This document shows, one piece after another, positions 9,199 to 16,791 of a stretch of DNA of 64,000 nucleotides (position 1 is its first letter; the number at the start of each line of letters is the position of its first letter). Origin of the DNA: an uncultured Collinsella sp. Lineage in GTDB: Bacteria; Actinomycetota; Coriobacteriia; Coriobacteriales; Coriobacteriaceae. Location of the stretch: the NCBI GenBank assembly GCA_965151385.1, contig CBCTZJ010000005.1, forward strand, positions 6,935 to 70,934, written 5' to 3'. The notes beneath the pieces were generated by a model. That model had not been told where the DNA came from, did not search any database, and saw nothing but the letters and a program-made list of their open reading frames with translations. The translations under genes and the position numbers were made by a program.

Positions 9199-10119
9199 AT
9201 GCGAATTGTGTTTATGGGTACGCCTGATTTTGCTGTGCCTTCGTTGACTTCGCTTGTTGAGGCTGGGAACAAGATTGCGCTTGTCATTACTCGTCCTGAT
9301 GCTGTTCGTGGGCGTGGTAAGAAGCTTGAGCCTTCTCCCGTTAAGGCCAAGGCGCTTGAGCTTGGTCTGCCGGTTGTTGAGGCTAATCGTATGACGCCTG
9401 AGGTTGTTGAGGCGCTCCAGACTGCCCAGGCTGACATTTTCTGCGTGGCTGCCTATGGCTGCATTTTGCCTAATGAGGTTTTGCATATGGCGCCGCTTGG
9501 TATTGTGAATGTTCATGCGTCCTTGCTGCCTCGCTGGCGTGGCGCTGCTCCCATTCAGCGTGCCATTCTTGCTGGTGATGATGTTGCTGGCGTTTCCATT
9601 ATGCGTATTGGACATGGCGTAGATACGGGCGCTTATTGCGCCCAGGCGTCTACGTCGGTTGCCGGTAAGCATGCCGAGGCTTTGACTATGGAGCTTGGTG
9701 AGCTTGGCGGTAAGCTGCTTGCCGATACGCTTCCCTCGCTTGCCGATGGCTCGGCTGTTTGGACTGAGCAGGATGAGTCGCTTGTCACGCATGCTGCCAA
9801 GATTTCTAAGCAGGAGATGCGTCTGGATCCTCAGATGGCGGCGCTTGATTGCGTGCGTCATGTGCTTGCCTCGTCCGACACCGCTCCCGCCCGTTGCGTG
9901 ATTGCCGGCAAGACCGTGCGCGTGCTCGATGCCGCACCGGCAGATGTGTCGCTTTGCGAGGGGCTCGTCGCCGTTCAGGCCAAGCGCGTCTACCTTGGCC
10001 TTTCCGATGGTGCGGTTGAGCTGCTCGAGGTTAAGCCCGACGGTAAGCGTGCCATGGCTGCTTCTGCCTGGGCTGCCGGCCTGCAAGGTGCCGATCTGAC
10101 GTGGGGTGTTTTGTCATGA
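9199..10119 (+). CDS. fmt: methionyl-tRNA formyltransferase
   Basis: MRIVFMGTPDFAVPSL N-terminus and HASLLPRWRGAAPIQ motif. Codon usage is atypical (see findings). Confidence 0.93.
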   Translation: MRIVFMGTPDFAVPSLTSLVEAGNKIALVITRPDAVRGRGKKLEPSPVKAKALELGLPVVEANRMTPEVVEALQTAQADIFCVAAYGCILPNEVLHMAPLGIVNVHASLLPRWRGAAPIQRAILAGDDVAGVSIMRIGHGVDTGAYCAQASTSVAGKHAEALTMELGELGGKLLADTLPSLADGSAVWTEQDESLVTHAAKISKQEMRLDPQMAALDCVRHVLASSDTAPARCVIAGKTVRVLDAAPADVSLCEGLVAVQAKRVYLGLSDGAVELLEVKPDGKRAMAASAWAAGLQGADLTWGVLS

Positions 10120-11516
10120 GTAAGCTGTCTCCCGCGCGCAAGCTTGCGCTCGACGTGCTGATGGAGGCCGATCGCCGCGGCATGTATGCGCGCGACGTGC
10201 TCTCTGCCCGCGCTACGGCCAAGGCCATCGACCAGCGCGATTCCGCGTTTGCCGCCCGCTTGGCGCTGGGTGTGGCCGCTACGCAGGGTATTTTGGACGA
10301 GCTGCTCGATCAGTTTCTCGATAAGCCTAAAAAGGTTGCGCCGCGTGTTCGCATGGCACTTCGTATCTCGGCCTTCGAGATGCTCTACCTGCATACCCCA
10401 GGTCGCGTTGCCGTGAGTCAGGGCGTTGAGCTGGTTCGCAGCGGCGCTAAGTCTGCCGCGGGCCTGGCTAATGCGGTGCTGCATAAGGTTGCGGACAACG
10501 TCGAGGATTTTGCCACCGCCGCGGATGCCGATGATTCCGAGCGCCGCCTGGTGCGTCTGTCTCGCTTGATGGGTCTGCCGCGCTGGCTCTGCGCTCGCAT
10601 TATGGCATCGTTCGACACGTCCGAGGGCGTGCTGAACTTTGCCGGTAACTTGGCACCTGCGCCGCTCGCTCTGCACGAGAACGCCTTTGCAACCAAACCA
10701 GATCCGTACATTTCACAGCTTGTTGCGCCGGTGTTCCCGGGCTGCCATGCGCCGGTCGATGCGCAGGCCACCGTTGCGTCGGGCGTGCTTGAACGCGCGG
10801 CTGCCGTGGCCTCGGACCTTAACGCCCAGCTCATCGCTACCGCGGCAACCCGTCCTGGGCGTTGCCTGGAGATCGGCGCCGGTCGCGGCACCAAGACCTA
10901 TGTGATGATGTGCCAGGCAAAGCGTGCCGGCTACGACCGCCAGCACACTGCACTCGATTTGCACGACCGCAAGTGCGACCTGAATCTCGCGCGTCTGCAT
11001 AAGGCTGGCATCAAGGGTGTTCGCACCGTCTCGGGCGATGCGTGCGAGCTCGATGCGGTGCTCACGTCGTTCGATGCCATGCTTGGTAAACCTGTCCTGT
11101 TCGATACGGTGTTTATCGATGCCCCGTGTTCGGGCACCGGCACCATGCGCCGTCATCCCGAGATTCCCTGGCGCCTTGCCGAAAGCGACGTGACGTGCGA
11201 GTTACCCAAGCTGCAGCTGACGATGCTCAAAGAGGCCGCCGAGCGCGTTGCCAAGAATGGCGAGCTCATCTATGCGACGTGCTCGGTCTTTGATGAGGAG
11301 AACGCGCAGGTCGTGGATGCCTTCCTGGCCTCTCCCGAGGGCGCCGGCTTTACCGTGGCGCCGCTCTCCGAAGCCCAGATACTGCAGCTTCCCGAGTTTG
11401 AACAAGCCAAGAAGCTCGTCTCCGTACGCCAAAACGACCGCGGGCTTTTCCAGAGCGTCCCCGTAAACGCCGACTCCTACGACGGCCACTTCTGCGCCAG
11501 ACTGGTCCGCAAGTAA
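10116..11516 (+). CDS. rsmB: 16S rRNA (cytosine967-C5)-methyltransferase
   Basis: ATGA overlap with the fmt stop. NusB-like N-terminal domain and SAM MTase core with DAPCSGTGTMRRHPE and ATCS motifs. Confidence 0.9.
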   Translation: MSKLSPARKLALDVLMEADRRGMYARDVLSARATAKAIDQRDSAFAARLALGVAATQGILDELLDQFLDKPKKVAPRVRMALRISAFEMLYLHTPGRVAVSQGVELVRSGAKSAAGLANAVLHKVADNVEDFATAADADDSERRLVRLSRLMGLPRWLCARIMASFDTSEGVLNFAGNLAPAPLALHENAFATKPDPYISQLVAPVFPGCHAPVDAQATVASGVLERAAAVASDLNAQLIATAATRPGRCLEIGAGRGTKTYVMMCQAKRAGYDRQHTALDLHDRKCDLNLARLHKAGIKGVRTVSGDACELDAVLTSFDAMLGKPVLFDTVFIDAPCSGTGTMRRHPEIPWRLAESDVTCELPKLQLTMLKEAAERVAKNGELIYATCSVFDEENAQVVDAFLASPEGAGFTVAPLSEAQILQLPEFEQAKKLVSVRQNDRGLFQSVPVNADSYDGHFCARLVRK

Positions 11517-11522
11517 CTACTA

Positions 11523-11589
11523 AGTTGCGGTGAAATAGGGATTGAAAAGCGGCTTCTACCCGCCAAACAGTCCTTATTTCACCGCAACT
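11523..11589. repeat. 15-bp perfect inverted repeat (11523-11537 / 11575-11589; 20 bp with one mismatch) downstream of rsmB
   Basis: agttgcggtgaaata / tatttcaccgcaact. There is no clear U-tract. Confidence 0.8.
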
Positions 11590-11706
11590 CATAAGGAAGA
11601 TTTTTCTGGGAATGGGACTAATAAATCGGGTATGAAAGTAAGCGGTTGGGTTTGGTAAGTTTCTGGATGCATGAACCGCTCGCAGATTTAATATTGAGGG
11701 GTTAAA

Positions 11707-12654
11707 ATGATCGATCTTAATAGTGACAAGATTGACAATCCTGAAGATAATACTCAGGAAAATGAAGAGGTTGAGAATTCTTCGATTAAAAAGCGGGTAA
11801 TTATTGGTGCCGGTATTGTTGCTCTGCTCCTTGCTGGTTGTGTCGGTGGTTATGCTGGTTACAATTACAAACAAGCATGTAGTGAACATAATCAGCAGGT
11901 TGAAGTTTTGTATTCAAAGGCTAGCGATAGTGTTGCTGCCTTTAAGGCTGATCCTGGGTTACTAACTTTTGAGCAACGTCTTGATACCATTAAAAATGCT
12001 CAAAATAATAAAGAGATTTTGAATAAAGAAATCTCTAATGACAGTTTTAAGTATGCGGATGGCACTTCCCCTGATTGGACTAAGCTGCTTAATAAGTATG
12101 ATTCCATTATTAAAGGCTGCCGTAAGGCTCAAAATAATGAGTGGAATACTTCTCTAGTTGATCATGCTAATTTTGATGTGAATTCTACTGAAGATACTGA
12201 CTCTCTCCAGCAGCATATTAATAGCCTCAATGGTCTTCTTAATGATATTTCTAACAAAGATAATCAGAAGCTGATTTTTGAAGATGCCAAAAAGGATTCT
12301 AAAAAATTCATCGATCAAATCAATGAACAGATTAGTCGTTATCAAACTCGTATTGATGATTTAAACAAGGCAAAAGCTGAAGCTGAAGCTGAAGCGAAGG
12401 CTCAAGAGGAAGTAACAGCACAAGCTCAACAGCAGACTTCTCAGCAGAATAGTTATTCTAGCGGTAGTAACTATTCTAATAATAATTCTGGTGGATCTTC
12501 TAGCAGTATTTCTTCTTCCAATAATAGTGGTGGTAAGTATGTCATTCGTCAATTAGATCAATATGATGCAGCTGGTAACTATATCGGGTCTACTCATTGG
12601 TATAGCGATGGTACCTGTGACGATCCCTATTCTGCCGGTATGGGCGGATTTTAA
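11707..12654 (+). CDS. hypothetical membrane-anchored protein, AT-rich orphan
   Basis: 315-aa ORF with an acidic N-terminus, one TM helix (VIIGAGIVALLLAGCVGGYAG), a coiled-coil/AEAEAEAKAQ segment and a Ser/Asn-rich linker. A 60-nt sample (12001-12060) is 25% GC. Confidence 0.6.
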   Translation: MIDLNSDKIDNPEDNTQENEEVENSSIKKRVIIGAGIVALLLAGCVGGYAGYNYKQACSEHNQQVEVLYSKASDSVAAFKADPGLLTFEQRLDTIKNAQNNKEILNKEISNDSFKYADGTSPDWTKLLNKYDSIIKGCRKAQNNEWNTSLVDHANFDVNSTEDTDSLQQHINSLNGLLNDISNKDNQKLIFEDAKKDSKKFIDQINEQISRYQTRIDDLNKAKAEAEAEAKAQEEVTAQAQQQTSQQNSYSSGSNYSNNNSGGSSSSISSSNNSGGKYVIRQLDQYDAAGNYIGSTHWYSDGTCDDPYSAGMGGF

Positions 12655-12698
12655 AATATACTAATTTTTAAAAATAATTATCGACCCATAGCGCAAAG

Positions 12699-12736
12699 AA
12701 GCGGCCCCGCGATCGGAGTTGATCGCGGGGCCGCTT
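12699..12736. terminator. 16-bp GC-rich hairpin between convergent genes (bidirectional terminator candidate)
   Basis: aagcggccccgcgatc / gatcgcggggccgctt with loop ggagtt. Confidence 0.7.
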
Positions 12737-12740
12737 GTCA

Positions 12741-12977
12741 CTAGTGGCTATGCGGGCAGTTGGCGCAGCAGCCGCTGGTGGCGTTGGTGCTGGAGCCGCC
12801 GCTTCGCTGGTCGGTGTTGTAGAAACCGCTGCCTTCGAACTTAATTCCGCTGGCCGAGAACGTCTTGGATGCCGGGGCACCGCAGCTGGGGCATACGACC
12901 TCGGGCGTCTCGGACATGGGGTGTTCTACCTCAAACACGTTGCCGCAGCTCGTGCACTTGTAATCGTAGCGCGCCAT
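12741..12977 (-). CDS. FmdB-family zinc-ribbon protein
   Basis: MARYDYKCTSCGNVFEV...CPSCG signature (CxxC-CxxC) with a Gly/Ser tail. Confidence 0.85.
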   Translation of the reverse strand: MARYDYKCTSCGNVFEVEHPMSETPEVVCPSCGAPASKTFSASGIKFEGSGFYNTDQRSGGSSTNATSGCCANCPHSH

Positions 12978-13065
12978 AATACTTCCTTTTCAGCACAAAG
13001 CGGGCAGATCGCTCTGCCCGCAAAAATTCAAACAGCTGTAACTGTACCCTATATCGGGGGTTTTA

Positions 13066-16000
13066 TCACGCTTCGCCCCAGAATCTATGAGTGTTGCGCA
13101 GGAGCTTCGCAGTTTTCTCCTCGGCTGCCGCAACGTCGGTTTCCTGCGCCTGCCATGTCCAGTTGCCTGTGGCCACACCCGGCACGTTCATACGTGCATC
13201 GTCGCCCAGCCCCAGTATGTCCTGCAGCGGCATCATAACGAGCGGAGCATCGCTTGCCAGGGCATCGCCCATGAGCTCGCTTGCCAATGCAATGCCGCTC
13301 GGCTCGTCGCCGCCCGCAAATGAATGCGTGCACCAGCCGGCGAGCGTCGAGGTGTCGTGCGTCGAGGTGTACAGGATCTTGCCCGGTGTGGGATGAATTC
13401 CGCAGCGAACGTCGTAATCGCTAAACTCCAGCACGTCCATGCCGGGGAAGCCGCAGGTCGAAGCCATCGCACGAACGCCAGGCGTCAGATAGCCCAGATC
13501 CTCGGCGATAAAGTTGAGCGGACCCAGTTCGTCGTAGGCCGTCTGGAACAGGTCTTTGCCCGGTCTCGCCAGCCAGCGGCCGTCGGCACAGGCCTTGCCG
13601 GCAGGGATGCTAAAGTAGCTGTGGAAGCCCAGGAAGTGGTCCAGGCGCACACGGTCGTAGAGCGCGAACGCACGACGCAGGCGATCCATCCACCAGCTAT
13701 AGCCGTTTTCCTTCATGTGATCCCAGCGGAAGGTGGGGTTTCCCCACACCTGGCCCTCGGGCGCAAAGTTGTCGGGCGGCGCACCCGAAATCTCAATTGC
13801 CTTGCCGGTGTCGGACAGCCAGAAGTTCTCAGGCTCGCTCCATGCGTCGGCCGAATCATCCGAGACATACATGGGGATGTCGCCGATGACCTCGATGCCC
13901 TTCTTGTGTGCATAGTTCATGAGCTCGCACCAGGCAAGGTCAAAGCGATACTGCATGTACGCCTGCAGCTCGGCCTCGTCGTGGAAGCGCTTGTCATCGA
14001 TCAGGTGCTCGTTGTAGCGCGCGACATCCGCCGGCCAATCGTGGCGCGACAGTCCCTCAAAGTGCTTCTTTACCGCCATGTAGACGCAGTACTTCTCGAG
14101 CCAGTCGGCGTTGCGATGTTTAAACGCCGTGTACAGCGGGTCGGCATCCTCGCCGCCGCGGGCCTTCCAGGTGACGAAGTCGGCGGCCAGCTCCTCGTGG
14201 CTCTCGGGCAGCAGGTCGATATTGCCTGCAAAGGCCGAGGGGCCGGCATAGGGGGAGCGGAAGAAGTCCGTGGGATTGACGGGCAGGACCTGCCAGTAAC
14301 GCATGCCCATGGCGGCCAGGTGGTCGATAAAACGACGCGTGGGCGCACCGATTGTGCCGGGCTTGCCGTCATCGGTCGGCACCGAGGTGATATGGCACAC
14401 GACGCCTGCGCCATGATCGAGCGGCTCCTGCAGGCGCTTCTCGGCATGGTGATAGATGATCGAAGAGCCCAACGGGTACAGGTCGAGCGTAACCGTGCCG
14501 TTGTGGATCTCGCACTCGTGGCCGCTGATCACGTCGCTTGCGCATTCGCCGAGCGCCGGGATCGTCACGCAGTGCGAATTGCGCAGACTGCGGTTGATGA
14601 TAACCGTCGCGGCCTCGCCGTCTTTGCCCGTGCGGGTGTAGGCCAAGACGTCGTCGTTGAGCGCGAAGGCCTTGATCTCGCCATTGACCATAAAGGGCAG
14701 CGCGCGGCGAACGGCAGACGCGTTCTTAACAATGGCCAGCGTATCGAAATCGTGGAGCTGGTCCTTGGTCGGCAGGGTGCGGCGGTTGCCCGGATCGGTG
14801 AGGCCCTCCAAGCCGTATTCGTCGCCGTAATAGATCGAGGGCACACCCGGGAAGGTCATCTGCATGAGCGTCGCCAACCAAAAGCGGCTCTTGGCCAGGC
14901 CCATGGAATTCTCGTCCAGGCGCCACTTGCTGCGCTCGCTCTCGGGCAGCTGCGACTCGTCGGGGCCGCCGCCGAGTACCGAGATAATGCGCGGACGGTC
15001 GTGGCTCGAAAGCAGATTGAGTGCGCAGGACAGGGCCTCGCGCGGGTAGTTCTCGCGCAGGGTTTCGATGTCCTCGGCAGCCTGATAGGCGTTCTTGTAG
15101 CCCATCAAAAAGCCGATGACCATGTCGCGGAAGGGGTAGTCCATGGCAGAGTCGAGCTCGGAGCCCTGCAGATAGCGGCGCAGATGGCCATAGCTGATCT
15201 TGTTGGAGGCGTCTTCCCAGACCTCGCCGAGCAGCAGCGCGTCGGGCTTCTCGGCGAGCACGGCCTTTTTGATCTCGGCCAGGAAGTCATCGGAAAGCTC
15301 GTCGGCCACGTCCAGACGCCAGCCATGGGCGCCGGCGCGCAGCCACTTACGAATCACGCCGTCCTTGCCCAGCAGCTTTTCGCGCACAAGCTCGGAATTC
15401 TCGTTGATGGCTGGCATGTTGCCCACGCCCCACCAGCAGTCATACGAACCGTCCTCATGGAAGTAAAACGCATCGCGCCACGGCGAGTCCTCGCTCTGCC
15501 ACGCACCGACGCCGGGGTAATTGCCGTAGCGGTTAAAGTAGATCGAGTCGTCGCCCGTATGGTTGAAGACGCCATCCAGGATGATGGAAATGCCGAGCTT
15601 CTCGGCTGCCTCGCACAGCTCCGTAAAGTCCTGCTCGGTGCCCAGGATCGGGTCGATCTTGGTGTAATCGGCCGTGTCGTAGCGGTGGTTGCTCGCGGCC
15701 TCAAAGATCGGGTTGAGGTAGATGGCCGTAAAGCCCAGCTCGGCAATGCGGGGCAGGTCATTTTGGATACCCTTGAGCGAGCCGCCGTAAAAATCCCAGG
15801 TCTTGATGGAGCCGTCTTCGGCACGCTCGTACTCGGGCGGTTCGTTCCAGTCCTCGACCATGCGGCGCTGGATTCCGTTGCGCGGTTTTTGGACCTCGGC
15901 CAGCGTGCGCTCGTGCCAGTTTTCGTCGCGGGCATAGCGATCGGGGAAGATCTGGTAGACCATGCCGCGCTCGTACCACTCGGGACGCACTTCGCGGTGC

Positions 16001-16362
16001 TTGTAAACGGTAATCTGGAACGACGGGACCTCGGCGTAGTTGTAGGTTACGCCCTCGCCACCGGTGCGGCCTTGTGGCGCACCCAGGCGGACCTCGGGCT
16101 GGCCCTCGATATTGCAGATAAAGCTGTACCAGATAAGACAGGGCTCAGTGCACTCAAGCTCTACGGTAAATATGCCGTCGCCCTCGTGCGTCATGGGATA
16201 CAGAGACTCACCGATCTCATCGACCCAGGTGCGCAGGGTGAGCGTCGCCTGGTTGGGGTCGGCATCCTCCAAAATCACCGAGAGCGAAACGGAAGTTCCA
16301 GTGGTCACAGCGCCAAACGGAGTACGAAACTGCGGCAGACGGCTGTTGTGAATCAATCTCAT
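13066..16362 (-). CDS. fusion protein: GH13 alpha-amylase/neopullulanase-like domain + GH77 4-alpha-glucanotransferase (amylomaltase)
   Basis: 1098 aa. The N-terminal half has GH13 blocks (DGVFNHTG, GWRLDVADE, EVWED, SHD). The C-terminal ~500 aa resembles MalQ (YWQVLPVNP, HFLGF, FIAEDLG). Confidence 0.88.
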   Translation of the reverse strand: MRLIHNSRLPQFRTPFGAVTTGTSVSLSVILEDADPNQATLTLRTWVDEIGESLYPMTHEGDGIFTVELECTEPCLIWYSFICNIEGQPEVRLGAPQGRTGGEGVTYNYAEVPSFQITVYKHREVRPEWYERGMVYQIFPDRYARDENWHERTLAEVQKPRNGIQRRMVEDWNEPPEYERAEDGSIKTWDFYGGSLKGIQNDLPRIAELGFTAIYLNPIFEAASNHRYDTADYTKIDPILGTEQDFTELCEAAEKLGISIILDGVFNHTGDDSIYFNRYGNYPGVGAWQSEDSPWRDAFYFHEDGSYDCWWGVGNMPAINENSELVREKLLGKDGVIRKWLRAGAHGWRLDVADELSDDFLAEIKKAVLAEKPDALLLGEVWEDASNKISYGHLRRYLQGSELDSAMDYPFRDMVIGFLMGYKNAYQAAEDIETLRENYPREALSCALNLLSSHDRPRIISVLGGGPDESQLPESERSKWRLDENSMGLAKSRFWLATLMQMTFPGVPSIYYGDEYGLEGLTDPGNRRTLPTKDQLHDFDTLAIVKNASAVRRALPFMVNGEIKAFALNDDVLAYTRTGKDGEAATVIINRSLRNSHCVTIPALGECASDVISGHECEIHNGTVTLDLYPLGSSIIYHHAEKRLQEPLDHGAGVVCHITSVPTDDGKPGTIGAPTRRFIDHLAAMGMRYWQVLPVNPTDFFRSPYAGPSAFAGNIDLLPESHEELAADFVTWKARGGEDADPLYTAFKHRNADWLEKYCVYMAVKKHFEGLSRHDWPADVARYNEHLIDDKRFHDEAELQAYMQYRFDLAWCELMNYAHKKGIEVIGDIPMYVSDDSADAWSEPENFWLSDTGKAIEISGAPPDNFAPEGQVWGNPTFRWDHMKENGYSWWMDRLRRAFALYDRVRLDHFLGFHSYFSIPAGKACADGRWLARPGKDLFQTAYDELGPLNFIAEDLGYLTPGVRAMASTCGFPGMDVLEFSDYDVRCGIHPTPGKILYTSTHDTSTLAGWCTHSFAGGDEPSGIALASELMGDALASDAPLVMMPLQDILGLGDDARMNVPGVATGNWTWQAQETDVAAAEEKTAKLLRNTHRFWGEA

Positions 16363-16460
16363 AATACGGTCCAGTTCAATAGAATCACGGCCTGCGGGCC
16401 ATGGGCTTTACGCACAGGATATAAGTATATCTGTTGTACACAGGCTGTATAAACAACATC

Positions 16461-16700
16461 CGTTTACCATCGGCGAACGGTTGTCCTAGAAAATCGTTTT
16501 ACCATCCAAATTATCGCGATATTCGAAAACGCCCAGGCGGATACTATTTGTAGTCAAACAAAAGTACATCGGTTTACTACGACGAATTGAATGATCTCAA
16601 CCACGGTCAATTTGGTGATATTAAATCCGCAGGTAGAAGCGTTGCCAATTTCATAGAATACTCTCCGTGGTCGGCCAGAGCTATTTTGTCGTAGTAAACC
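16461..16700. promoter_or_regulatory. cluster of CGTTT(T)ACCAT-type boxes upstream of the GH13-GH77 gene
   Basis: cgtttaccat at 16461-16470 and cgttttaccat at 16495-16505. ggtttactacgac at 16571-16583 has an exact inverted copy at 16688-16700. Confidence 0.5.
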
Positions 16701-16732
16701 GGTCCTCTTTTTAATAGAGAAGTTCAACCAAG

Positions 16733-16761
16733 AAGAGGGCGCCTGGTTGGGGCGCCCTCTT
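16733..16761 (-). terminator. hairpin terminator downstream of glgA
   Basis: aagagggcgcc / ggcgccctctt stem with loop tggttgg. Confidence 0.65.
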
Positions 16762-16791
16762 TTGCGTTGGATTAAGTTTTAATCGTCCAGA

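Noticed and set aside
9070-10086. 338-aa minus-strand ORF opposite fmt
   Set aside because: It is explained by the A-poor + strand (few T on the minus strand, hence few stop codons). The product is Arg/Asn/Ser/Leu-rich with no motifs, and fmt on the + strand is unambiguous.
13324-16452. 1042-aa + strand ORF
   Set aside because: It lies entirely antisense to the well-supported GH13-GH77 gene. The product is Gly/Ala/Val/Arg/Asp-rich with no motifs. It is a typical shadow ORF of a high-GC coding region.
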